Source of the DNA: Anaerohalosphaeraceae bacterium
Lineage (GTDB): Bacteria > Planctomycetota > Phycisphaerae > Sedimentisphaerales > Anaerohalosphaeraceae
Assembly (NCBI GenBank): GCA_963675525.2
Contig: CAXXSL010000016.1
Location: 640,001 to 704,000 of the forward strand
Length of the DNA stretch: 64,000 nt
Reading direction: 5' to 3'
Shown here in pieces: positions 1-8,840 of this stretch (position 1 is the stretch's first letter; each line of letters opens with the position of its first letter). The notes beneath the pieces were generated by a model, which searched no databases, was not told where the DNA came from, and saw only the letters and a program-made list of their open reading frames with translations. The translations under genes and the position numbers were made by a program.

Positions 1-6
1 AAGTAG

Positions 7-174
7 TCATTCCGTCTCACTGCTCGCGGGTTGTCCCGCGATTTGGTTTTTTTGTTTTTTGACGAGCATCATGACGATAACGAGCAACACTGTCAGCGGC
101 AGGACAAAGACAAATAAAGAAATGATCACAATCACAATCATCTCAAATCCTCCCGGTATCCCAAATGCTAACAT
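7..174 (-). CDS. Small single-pass membrane protein (55 aa, TatA-like N-terminus only)
   Basis: ATG at 174 with GAAAGGA RBS upstream; MLAFGIPGGFEMIVIV followed by a long hydrophobic stretch and a KKQK tail. Confidence 0.6.
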   Translation of the reverse strand: MLAFGIPGGFEMIVIVIISLFVFVLPLTVLLVIVMMLVKKQKNQIAGQPASSETE

Positions 175-204
175 GTTTGTTCCTTTCGGTTGATGGTTTA
201 TGCA

Positions 205-237
<33 letters not shown>

Positions 238-248
238 AAATCCACACA

Positions 249-1031
249 TTATAATAGACGCTCTAAGCCGAAGAATGTTTCGCTGGTTTTGGTGATTTTT
301 TGGGCGAAGTCTTCGAGACTTAGTTCGTGAACATCGGCCAGGCATTGGGCGGTGTGGATTAGCAGGGCCGGTTCGTTGGGTTTGGTGTTGCGTTTGGGGT
401 GCGGGGAGATGAAGGGGCAGTCGGTTTCGATCATGAGCCGGTCGAGCGGAATTGTTTGGGCGACCTCTCGCAATTGTTCACTACGTTTAAATGTCACCGT
501 ACCTGTAAAAGAAATATAATAGCCTCTGTCCAATACAAGTTTTGTTTGCTGTTGATCGCCGCCGTAACAGTGAATGACCACATTTTTAAGTTTGCCCGCA
601 TAGTCGTCAAGAATGTCCATCGTTTCATCGAATGCCTCACGGGTGTGGATAATGACGGGCTTTTGCAATTCGGCGGCGATGTCCAGATGCCGACGGAAGA
701 TGCGCTGCTGATTTTCGGCCGATGAATGCATGTAATGATAATCCAGCCCTGTTTCGCCGATCGCGACGACTTTGGCGTGATGAAGTTGTTTCGCTAGCAA
801 CTCCATATCCGCATCGGTGATATCGTCGGCCTCGTGCGGATGATAGCCCAGAGCCGCAACTATGTTTTCGTGTTCGCTTGCCAGATGGATCGCCTTTTCG
901 TTGTCGACAACTTTGGTGCCGACGGTGATCCATCGCGTCACGCCTGCGGCAATGCTGCCGGCCAGCACGGCGTCGATCCGCTCTATCAAGCCCTCGTAAG
1001 TTAAATGTGCATGAGTATCGATCAGATTCAT
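249..1031 (-). CDS. tatD: TatD family hydrolase/DNase
   Basis: IDTHAH, GYHP, AIGETGLDY, PVIIHTREA, HCY and ETDCPF motifs. Confidence 0.93.
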   Translation of the reverse strand: MNLIDTHAHLTYEGLIERIDAVLAGSIAAGVTRWITVGTKVVDNEKAIHLASEHENIVAALGYHPHEADDITDADMELLAKQLHHAKVVAIGETGLDYHYMHSSAENQQRIFRRHLDIAAELQKPVIIHTREAFDETMDILDDYAGKLKNVVIHCYGGDQQQTKLVLDRGYYISFTGTVTFKRSEQLREVAQTIPLDRLMIETDCPFISPHPKRNTKPNEPALLIHTAQCLADVHELSLEDFAQKITKTSETFFGLERLL

Positions 1032-1034
1032 AAA

Positions 1035-1172
1035 AAATCCTAAACACTAAATTCTAAATCCGAAACAAATTCTAAACGCTAAATCCAAATAACACAAACA
1101 ATTCTGTTTAAATCATTTGAATTTTGTGCATTTAGATTTGTTTTGGATTTCGTGCTTAGGATTTAGAGCTTT
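1035..1172. repeat. Imperfect inverted repeat built from AAA-N4 heptads
   Basis: Left arm aaatcct-aaacact-aaattct-aaatccg-aaacaaattct; the right arm reverse-complements to aagctct-aaatcct-aagcacg-aaatcca-aaacaaatct. Confidence 0.75.
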
Positions 1173-1197
1173 TAACCAAACCTAATCTAATGCCTAT

Positions 1198-1222
1198 GGA
1201 TTCCCGCCTTCGCGGGAATGAC
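1198..1222. repeat. REP/dRS3-like palindrome, copy 2 (GGATTCCCGCCTTCGCGGGAATGAC)
   Basis: Near-identical to 209-233, same orientation. Confidence 0.85.
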
Positions 1223-1258
1223 AATGAGTATTGTCAGAGATTCTTAATATATTTAATA

Positions 1259-2392
1259 TTATAGAATGAAGTCCTGTGCGACGGTATCCGCGAAGGACAA
1301 GCCGAGATCCGTTAAGTACACATGGGTTTCGGTTCGCTCCAGAAAGCCGAAATCGCAGTTATTTCCGATCGCCTCGCCGAACAGTTCGTCAAGGTCAAAG
1401 CCGGTCAGTTGTTTGTAGACCGCACGGTCAATACCCTGCCGCATCCGCAGATTGAGCACGGCGGTTTCGACAGCGATCTGTTCGAGATCGGGTGTTTGTT
1501 CCTGGTCCCGGGCAAACCGCCCCGCTTCGATTTGGGTAAGATAGACATCGATATCCCGAACATTGGTTGTTCGTTTGCCCTGATACCAGCCTCCTGCGGC
1601 CGGGCCGATACCGATGACGGGAAGGTTTTTCCAGTACCGCAGATTGTGGCGGCACTGGAAGCCGGGACAGGCAAAATTAGAAATCTCATAATGATCAAAG
1701 CCGGCCTTTTCGAACTGAAGTCGTGCCAATTCGTACATGGTTCGCTCGAGGGCTTCGTTGATCATGGTCAGGCTGCCCTGCTGAACGGCCTTTTCAAACG
1801 GCGTCCCCTTTTCGACTGTCAGGCTATAAGCGGAGATATGCTGAACGCCGAGGGCCATCGCTTTTTCCAGCGTGTTCTGCCACGCCGTCAAATTGCAATC
1901 GGGCAACCCAAAGATCAAATCCAGCCCGACATTTTCAAAGCCGGCACGTTGGGCCGCCCGAACCGCTTCGGTAATTTGCCCGGAATTATGAAGGCGGCCA
2001 AGCATCTTCAACTCATCCGCATCAAAAGATTGTGCCCCGATTGAAAGACGGTTGACCCCTGCGAACAGAAGCTGCTGGAAAAGTGTCTCGCTGACCTGAG
2101 CCGGGTTACATTCGACAGTGAACTCCTCAACGCTGCCAAACCGCTGTTTTAATGAATGGACAAATCGGATTAATGTTTCTTTAGGTAAACAGGTGGGCGA
2201 ACCACCGCCGATATAAATCGTTTCCGGCGGAGTCGTCATTTCATACAAATCAATTTCTTTCAGCAATGCATCCGTAAGCCTGTCCGTTGACCAGTCTGAA
2301 ACAGGAACCGAATAAAAGGCGCAATAGGGGCACTTCCTCTCACAGAAAGGTATGTGCAGGTAGAGTCCGATGCTGGAGGATCGTTCTGTCAT
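1259..2392 (-). CDS. hemW: Radical SAM heme chaperone HemW (HemN-like)
   Basis: YLHIPFCERKCPYCAF (CxxxCxxC), GGGSPT, RLSIGAQSF, YEISNF and the HemW-type HNLRYW motif; start trimmed to MTERSS. Confidence 0.88.
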   Translation of the reverse strand: MTERSSSIGLYLHIPFCERKCPYCAFYSVPVSDWSTDRLTDALLKEIDLYEMTTPPETIYIGGGSPTCLPKETLIRFVHSLKQRFGSVEEFTVECNPAQVSETLFQQLLFAGVNRLSIGAQSFDADELKMLGRLHNSGQITEAVRAAQRAGFENVGLDLIFGLPDCNLTAWQNTLEKAMALGVQHISAYSLTVEKGTPFEKAVQQGSLTMINEALERTMYELARLQFEKAGFDHYEISNFACPGFQCRHNLRYWKNLPVIGIGPAAGGWYQGKRTTNVRDIDVYLTQIEAGRFARDQEQTPDLEQIAVETAVLNLRMRQGIDRAVYKQLTGFDLDELFGEAIGNNCDFGFLERTETHVYLTDLGLSFADTVAQDFIL

Positions 2393-2396
2393 TTTA

Positions 2397-3317
2397 TTAC
2401 TGACCGGCAGCGGGGCGGTGAGGAGTTTCCTGAGAAGCATGAGTCATGTGATGCTTCTTTTGAATGAGGGCCATTCTGCGATAAAGCCAGTGCACGAAAC
2501 CGCTGCTTGCGAATCCTCCAAAACTGATAACCAACGCCAGTTGCAGACCACACAGGAAGATCATTCCAAAAATGAGTCCGACCCAGAACAGATACGTAAC
2601 GGGCTTTCGACCGCGGAACAACTGATTGATCAGGTGGGGGTAACGGATACGGCTGACCATCAGTAAACCACAGCCAATCATGATAAACGGCAGTGCGTAG
2701 AGAATGACGCTGAGCATGACCGTAAAGAAGGCTGTGTCGGTCGCAGGGTCTGTTAAAATGTCCTGATAAAACATCACCAGTCCGGCAAGCACACCGGCAG
2801 CAGCCGGCGTCGGCAGGCCGGTAAAACTCATGTGAGCCGTTTCATCTTCTTCATTTTCAACATTAAAGCGAGCCAGGCGAATCAGCGAACAGCACAGATA
2901 GGCAACCGCCGAAATCCAGATGAATCGTTCAAAAAAATCACCGAGGAACGGCTTGGCCGAGCCCACCAGTTCGGCATGGTGGGTCAATAGCAGGTTAAGG
3001 ACGATAAACGCCGGAGCCGCGCCAAATGTCAGGACATCGCAAAGCGAGTCGAGTTGCCCGCCAAAGCTGGAGGTGGACTGGCTCATACGGGCGACGCGTC
3101 CGTCCAGCATATCGGCGATCATTCCGACAAAGATCACAATGCCGGCAGCGGCGTAATGATCCGGACCCTTGCTCGCCAGGCCGATGGCGGCAAACCCGCA
3201 AATACCATTGACCAGCGTAATCATCGAAGGCAGCAGCTTGATGCTCTCGAGGCGATGCCGACGGACATTTTTGAAAAAACGCGTTGAACGGGTTTTGTCT
3301 GTTTTGGGTTTCAGCAT
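2397..3317 (-). CDS. pssA: CDP-diacylglycerol--serine O-phosphatidyltransferase
   Basis: DMLDGRVAR...FGGQLDSLCD CDP-alcohol phosphotransferase motif, RLARFN and GLPTPAAA; adjacent to psd. Confidence 0.92.
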   Translation of the reverse strand: MLKPKTDKTRSTRFFKNVRRHRLESIKLLPSMITLVNGICGFAAIGLASKGPDHYAAAGIVIFVGMIADMLDGRVARMSQSTSSFGGQLDSLCDVLTFGAAPAFIVLNLLLTHHAELVGSAKPFLGDFFERFIWISAVAYLCCSLIRLARFNVENEEDETAHMSFTGLPTPAAAGVLAGLVMFYQDILTDPATDTAFFTVMLSVILYALPFIMIGCGLLMVSRIRYPHLINQLFRGRKPVTYLFWVGLIFGMIFLCGLQLALVISFGGFASSGFVHWLYRRMALIQKKHHMTHASQETPHRPAAGQ

Positions 3318-4024
3318 TATTCGTATCTAGCCAATATGGTCAGGCCCGCTTTTACGGTGTCGCCTTTTCGGACCTGCGTCTTAAGATTCTCACGAGCCGG
3401 AACAAACAGTTCTGTGCACGAGCCGAATTTTATCATACCGAACTGCTGACCGCCAGTGTATTGTTGGCCGGTTCTGGCATCGCATACAATTCGGCGGGCA
3501 ATCGCACCGGATATCTGCCGGACCAGCATCCGGTCAGGCGGGTCATCGAGTCGGAAAAGTTCGAGCTCGTTGGCTTCGTTAACCTTGCTGCACTGCGGAT
3601 TGCGGGCATCGAGAAATTTGCCGGGCTTATAGGTGATCTGTCCGATTCGCACAGGGCAGGGAACACGGTTGATATGGACATTGAAAACACTCAAAAATAT
3701 CTCGATTCGCAAAACAGGCCCCTCAAAGCCTTCGTAGCCGTCCAGCATTTCAACTGCGGCTACAGTGCCGTCTGCGGGGGAAAGCAGCAGACTGGCATCC
3801 TGAACGATCGCCCGATAGGGGTCCCTGAAAAAAGAAAACACCCAGATCAGGACGATCAGCAGTATCAGTTCGGGCAGCCAGAGAAGCATTGTACTGCCCG
3901 GGCAGGCACATGCCGGCTGCAGGTAACGGCGAGCAATTATGAAATAAATCGCCATTATCACGATTATAATTGCCGGAAACATCGCCACCTGCGGCAATCC
4001 GTATTTGGTTAGTGGTATTCTCAT
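3317..4024 (-). CDS. psd: Phosphatidylserine decarboxylase proenzyme (short type)
   Basis: FFRDP, SPADG, IFLSVFNVHINR, ARRI and the GMIKFGS autocleavage motif. Confidence 0.93.
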   Translation of the reverse strand: MRIPLTKYGLPQVAMFPAIIIVIMAIYFIIARRYLQPACACPGSTMLLWLPELILLIVLIWVFSFFRDPYRAIVQDASLLLSPADGTVAAVEMLDGYEGFEGPVLRIEIFLSVFNVHINRVPCPVRIGQITYKPGKFLDARNPQCSKVNEANELELFRLDDPPDRMLVRQISGAIARRIVCDARTGQQYTGGQQFGMIKFGSCTELFVPARENLKTQVRKGDTVKAGLTILARYE

Positions 4025-4169
4025 GGGGTAACAGAATACGCTATTTTTCGATTATAATCAAGGGCAATAGAGAATCGGCTGCCGGAACAATTTATTTTGA
4101 GATTTGCCTGTTTGCGAGTATAATTACTAAAATTGACAAATTGGTTTAATTTCAAGGAAAGGAGCCTTT

Positions 4170-4475
4170 ATGGGCTGGGGACGCACTTTTTTTCTGGGGG
4201 ACGTAGGGAATCGACTGGATATCTCGGATTGCGAACAAGACATCCGGGTGCTGAAGGAATCGCTGATGGAACTCTACCAGGAAGAGCACGAGGTGGATGC
4301 GGAGTTACGGGCGGTTCAAATGGAAAACAATCAGCTAAAGCTTTATCTGGCCGCTGTTATTCGTTTGCTCACCAGCAAAGGAATTTTCTCTAAAGAAGAT
4401 ATACAGAAGATGGTTGATATTATCGATGCCGAAGATGGAGCGATGGACGATAAAGCCCGTGGTGACGTCCTGTAA
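4170..4475 (+). CDS. Hypothetical coiled-coil protein (101 aa)
   Basis: AAGGAG RBS; acidic heptad-like sequence. Confidence 0.7.
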   Translation: MGWGRTFFLGDVGNRLDISDCEQDIRVLKESLMELYQEEHEVDAELRAVQMENNQLKLYLAAVIRLLTSKGIFSKEDIQKMVDIIDAEDGAMDDKARGDVL

Positions 4476-4803
4476 ATCAATTATCCCGACCGTTCACTAA
4501 AAGGTAATATTACCTGTTTGTTTATAAAAACCGCCCCTTTCGTCCGTAAAAGGGGCTAATTTTTCCCTTCTGCCAAAATCCACCTGCCATCTGGTTTCCG
4601 ACTCACCATCCATTGGCCCTCCGTCCTATAAAGTTGCGCCACAAACACATACTATTGATAAAAATCTTAAAAAAATCATCAAGGTCTGCGTCTCTTTTTT
4701 CATCTTCTATATTGTATGTTTTTAAAGTGCAACCTCACCACGGAGGGAAGGTTCTAATAAACAGCTCGGAGTTTTCCTTTTGATGATTAGTGAGGATTCT
4801 ATT

Positions 4804-6210
4804 ATGAAGTGGAGTTTTTTCATATTCTTCTGCCTGTTATGCGGACCGGCTCTGGCTTCTGTACAGGTCCGTATCAGCGAGCCTAACACATTGGAGCCAT
4901 TCAAGTTACCACAGGTACACATCAGCGATCCCAACATATTGGGGAGCGACCCTAACACATTTGAGACTATCGATTTGCCGGAAATCATGGTCGGTGGACA
5001 TGTATCGCTTGTTGTCTATTCTGACTCGAATGATTTCTGGAGCGGCGGTCTCTTTATTGAGGGGCAGGACCGTGCGATCGGGCAATTACAGGCAAGAGAC
5101 AAGGACCCTAATTCGCGCGACTGGCGAGGAAGCCATTTGCCTGCCGCGGGCGAAGGGGCTTATGTACTTAACTGGAGAGACTCAGCGAAGTGGGGTTTTG
5201 ACTTGTATCCTGATGATGGCCCTTATCCTGACGCAGGCCTGTACCTTTATGATAATATGTCTTCTTATGATTTTGAATCGATGTGCCAAAAAGGAAACTG
5301 GTTTGTGATTGATTATTATGCGCTGGATGAAGGACTATGCAGCATTGGCATTTACAATCACTCTGATGAAGATTGGACAATTCCGGATCCGAATGCTTCG
5401 CTCATTTTCATAAACACGCCCACACGCGATCTATATTCCGATGGTTTTGTCAATTATGCCGATTTCGCGGCTTTTTCCTCTTATTGGGAAGCTGAAAACT
5501 GCAACGACCCCAATAATGGATGTTATCAGGCGGATTTCAGCAGAGATGGGACCGTTGGACTGGAAGATGTTGTCATGTTCGCCGATTTTTGGCTATGGGG
5601 AATTCCCGGCTGGAAACCCGCTGAGAAAATTGGCGGTGTTGCCCCCAATACATCTGATCCTAACTCAACCGACCCCAACATTGTGTATGACGTCACGTAT
5701 GCAATCGTCGATGTGAATTCACTGTCTGAAATCACTCTGGAAGTAGGTCAATGTATTACACTGTATGTCATAAAAAGCAGTTCCTCTGAAACGGTCAATC
5801 TGTTCAACATGAATGTGACAATTTCCAATCCTAATTGGGGCTCGATCGATAATTCCGAAACAGGTACCGCTGAAATTCTGGCAACACCTCGAATGGAAGC
5901 ATTTGATTATATCGGTCCGGCTGAGATCCAAGCTGAAGGAATCGGCTTCTTAGCCGCCAATGCCGGAACTTCTATTTTGGACGGCGACATGGCAAGTTTT
6001 GTCTACACGGCAACGGATCCTAACGATGTGAAACTGAGCTTAACCAATTATTCTTCAACGGGCGCCAATCTGGAATCGATTATAATCCACCAGGTTCTGT
6101 CTCCCGTAGATTTGCTCCAGCAAGCCTATGAAGAAAGCCCTGAACTTCAGGAATCCGTTCCTGAAACCGAATGGAACGCGTTTATCGAAAGCGTAGAAGC
6201 AAGTCAATAA
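4804..6210 (+). CDS. Secreted protein with a central planctomycete-type dockerin and two flanking beta-sandwich (cohesin-like) domains; DPN-rich
   Basis: GAGG RBS; signal peptide MKWSFFIFFCLLCGPALA; dockerin repeats DLYSDGFVNYADFAAFSSYW and DFSRDGTVGLEDVVMFADFW. Confidence 0.75.
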   Translation: MKWSFFIFFCLLCGPALASVQVRISEPNTLEPFKLPQVHISDPNILGSDPNTFETIDLPEIMVGGHVSLVVYSDSNDFWSGGLFIEGQDRAIGQLQARDKDPNSRDWRGSHLPAAGEGAYVLNWRDSAKWGFDLYPDDGPYPDAGLYLYDNMSSYDFESMCQKGNWFVIDYYALDEGLCSIGIYNHSDEDWTIPDPNASLIFINTPTRDLYSDGFVNYADFAAFSSYWEAENCNDPNNGCYQADFSRDGTVGLEDVVMFADFWLWGIPGWKPAEKIGGVAPNTSDPNSTDPNIVYDVTYAIVDVNSLSEITLEVGQCITLYVIKSSSSETVNLFNMNVTISNPNWGSIDNSETGTAEILATPRMEAFDYIGPAEIQAEGIGFLAANAGTSILDGDMASFVYTATDPNDVKLSLTNYSSTGANLESIIIHQVLSPVDLLQQAYEESPELQESVPETEWNAFIESVEASQ

Positions 6211-6261
6211 TAATTGAAATTAAACAAGATGTTCAGAATGATTGATGATAAGGAGTTACTG

Positions 6262-7950
6262 ATGAATCGAACCGTCATTTATCTGCTGTCGGTGTTGTTA
6301 TTGATTAATGGACTATGGGCTGATCGTCTCATGGCCCCGGAAGAAACCGAAGCACTTGTTAAACATCTAACCGACAACACCCGAGAATGCTGGATTCCAC
6401 TGGGCATGGTTCGAGCTCGACACATGGAGTATTACGAATATGACAACTCCATGAGAGAAGCGACCGAGACCGCCTACTACAATGATTCCCGGTTTCGCCT
6501 CGAAGTGCGTCTGGAAGACGGATTATCAATTGACGGTCTATCAGACGGGGATATAAAACAGCAATTTCAACAAGACTTAAAATTAAACCGCGATCGCATC
6601 TTTGTCTGGGACGGTCAAAAACGTGTGCAGTATTATCAATCGGCTGATTATGCGGTCGTTACCACGGATGAAGGGGGCGTTTCCCCCCAGAGTTGCGGCC
6701 CGATGACTGCAGGAATTGTCCCTTGGGGTCATGGAGACCTTACCCATTTGGTCATCATGTCTCAAAATCCAACCGCCTCTGAATTCCGCGAAGATGACCG
6801 GGACAAAATACAGCTTCAATATGTCAATAATAAAATTTCTCTGGATACCCTTGTTTCGTTCGTCTTCGACCCTTCCAAAAACTATGCCCTTTTATCGTAC
6901 AGCATGGAAAACAACGAGGCGATGCTGCGGCAAACTTATGACGGTTATTCACAGGCAGGTGATCAATGGGTTCCCTCCAAGATCCTGATCGAACGGTTTG
7001 ACAAACGTTCCGGAACACCACAGTTGATTTCTTATGAAGACTGGCAATTTGAAACGTTTGACACCTCGATACCGTCAAACGAAGTCTTCTCTGTCAAATT
7101 CAAAAACGGGACGATGGTGGAATTGACAGCCGCCAGCAACCTTAAAACGTTTGTGTATAACGCTTCAGATCAGGTCGATATTTCAAAAATCCTTGAAGAC
7201 AAAATCGCCCTTCTACAGGATCCGGACTCAGTCAACTGTGCCACAGTCGCAATTCAACATATTGCAAAGCGATTTTCAAAAATTATCCTCCAACCGGAAC
7301 TGGCTGGTCTTGTTTCGGCAGACACCAAAAAGACCGCCTTATCTGCTATGAAAAAAACGCTTGAAGAAGCAGGCTTAAACTGTATGGCTGTTGAAACCAA
7401 TTTGGAAACGCTGGAAAAAATGACCGGATGCACGAAAGTCCTTTATCTGTCGTTGAGTAACCACTATGTGATTCTCGATCATATTGATGAAGACGGAATC
7501 TGGCTGATCGACCTGACGAGCCGGAAGTTTTACACAAGGAGAAATGTTGACGAATTTCTGCAGGAATGGAATAATGGTGTTGCGCTGTTGGTCTCTAACG
7601 AACCGATCACCCCGCCGCTGGATGCCAACTTCCGTTATCTCCAGGCAGATGAGATGGCCCAAATATATGGCGGAGACAGCTTTGGAAAATACTCTTGCAC
7701 CGACATGATACAGGGTGATTATCATATTAATTGTCCAGATCCGATTGGAGGTATTATTTGCGTTGGTGCCTACTATAAGTTTATGAAGCGATTCGGCTGC
7801 ATCGAAGATGAAAATGGCGGATTCTGCACAGGCGAGAGATGGCCCGGATATGAATATTCTCAGTGTGTCTTCGCCGGATTCGCCGATGACGGAACGTTGC
7901 TTTGCGGTTCGGCTAACCCAGCTACACGGTTCATAAGAGCCTGTAATTAG
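6262..7950 (+). CDS. Secreted multidomain protein: beta-rich (LolA-like) N-domain + C39-like cysteine peptidase + double-glycine leader + 91-aa Cys-rich C-terminal peptide
   Basis: AAGGAG RBS; signal peptide; NCATVA...HYVIL...LID putative catalytic triad; FRYLQADEMAQIYGG; 8 Cys after the GG. Confidence 0.75.
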   Translation: MNRTVIYLLSVLLLINGLWADRLMAPEETEALVKHLTDNTRECWIPLGMVRARHMEYYEYDNSMREATETAYYNDSRFRLEVRLEDGLSIDGLSDGDIKQQFQQDLKLNRDRIFVWDGQKRVQYYQSADYAVVTTDEGGVSPQSCGPMTAGIVPWGHGDLTHLVIMSQNPTASEFREDDRDKIQLQYVNNKISLDTLVSFVFDPSKNYALLSYSMENNEAMLRQTYDGYSQAGDQWVPSKILIERFDKRSGTPQLISYEDWQFETFDTSIPSNEVFSVKFKNGTMVELTAASNLKTFVYNASDQVDISKILEDKIALLQDPDSVNCATVAIQHIAKRFSKIILQPELAGLVSADTKKTALSAMKKTLEEAGLNCMAVETNLETLEKMTGCTKVLYLSLSNHYVILDHIDEDGIWLIDLTSRKFYTRRNVDEFLQEWNNGVALLVSNEPITPPLDANFRYLQADEMAQIYGGDSFGKYSCTDMIQGDYHINCPDPIGGIICVGAYYKFMKRFGCIEDENGGFCTGERWPGYEYSQCVFAGFADDGTLLCGSANPATRFIRACN

Positions 7951-8009
7951 CCGACGCGAGCTGTCTTTTTTCTTGAGTCGGAGGCATAAAGTTGGTACGA
8001 TGCCTCTTT

Positions 8010-8840
8010 ATGAGAGATGAGGGTTTAACTTTAGTTGAAGTTCTGGTTGTTATTGCAATTATCGCGATCTTGCTGACGATAACCGTCCCTGTCCTGCAGA
8101 AAAGCAAACAGCAAGGGGAAACTGTGATTTGCACCAATAACCTGAGACAATTGGGTATTGCTACCTTACTTTACGCTCAGGAAAAAAAATTCTATCCGGA
8201 GGGATTCTGCGGGAATCCGACATGCCATCCCAGCATTCCTTTCGCTGAATATATAAAGCTGGGCACTTCTGCCAGCAATGACTGGCAAAACAGTCGGTGG
8301 TGGTTTCATTTTTTGTTACTAAATGACATCATCGAAGATGATTTTTCCAGAGGCGGTTTGCTCTGTTGTCCTTCAAAACGATTGTCCGGCACTGGGCTTT
8401 CAGGAAATCTCTTATGCGGAAACTACGGTATCAACTACTCCATCTGCAAAATAATCATGAGTTCCACCGATGAATTTTCCGGAAAGCCGCTTCAACCGGA
8501 GCATGTCGGTTCTCCTTCGACCAAGCTGCTCTTAATGGATTCCGGCTACGCGTTGGTCAGTTGGAAAGCTTTGGCGACAGACAGTACGATCTATCCCTTT
8601 GAAAGACCCGGCCGACAAAACTCCTACTACCTGCCGGGGGCGACCATAAACGAGCAGCGTTTTGAGGACGGCACAATCAATGAATTCCAACAAGACGATG
8701 CCATCAATGGGCGTCACTCCGCCGGAAAATTCAATGCGGTCTTTGCGGACGGCCATGTGGGTAGAAAAAAACCTTCATCCGTTGAACCTGTTTTCGATGC
8801 CACCGGCAATATCTTAAGTAATTCACCCTGGTCCCCATAA
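8010..8840 (+). CDS. Prepilin-type N-terminal cleavage/methylation protein with DUF1559/H-X9-DG domain
   Basis: EGLTLVEVLVVIAIIAILL class III signal, CTNNLRQLG, NYGIN and HSAGKFNAVFADGH. Confidence 0.9.
   Translation: MRDEGLTLVEVLVVIAIIAILLTITVPVLQKSKQQGETVICTNNLRQLGIATLLYAQEKKFYPEGFCGNPTCHPSIPFAEYIKLGTSASNDWQNSRWWFHFLLLNDIIEDDFSRGGLLCCPSKRLSGTGLSGNLLCGNYGINYSICKIIMSSTDEFSGKPLQPEHVGSPSTKLLLMDSGYALVSWKALATDSTIYPFERPGRQNSYYLPGATINEQRFEDGTINEFQQDDAINGRHSAGKFNAVFADGHVGRKKPSSVEPVFDATGNILSNSPWSP

Noticed and set aside
1035..1222. Possible CRISPR array
   Set aside because: No identical repeats separated by unique spacers, and no cas genes
1259..2392. Radical SAM as RiPP maturase for the Cys-rich peptide
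   Set aside because: Has the HemW HNxxYW signature, lacks a SPASM/RRE domain and sits in a housekeeping operon
1322..4012. Long plus-strand ORFs 1322-2044 and 3284-4012
   Set aside because: Antisense shadows of hemW and psd with no motifs
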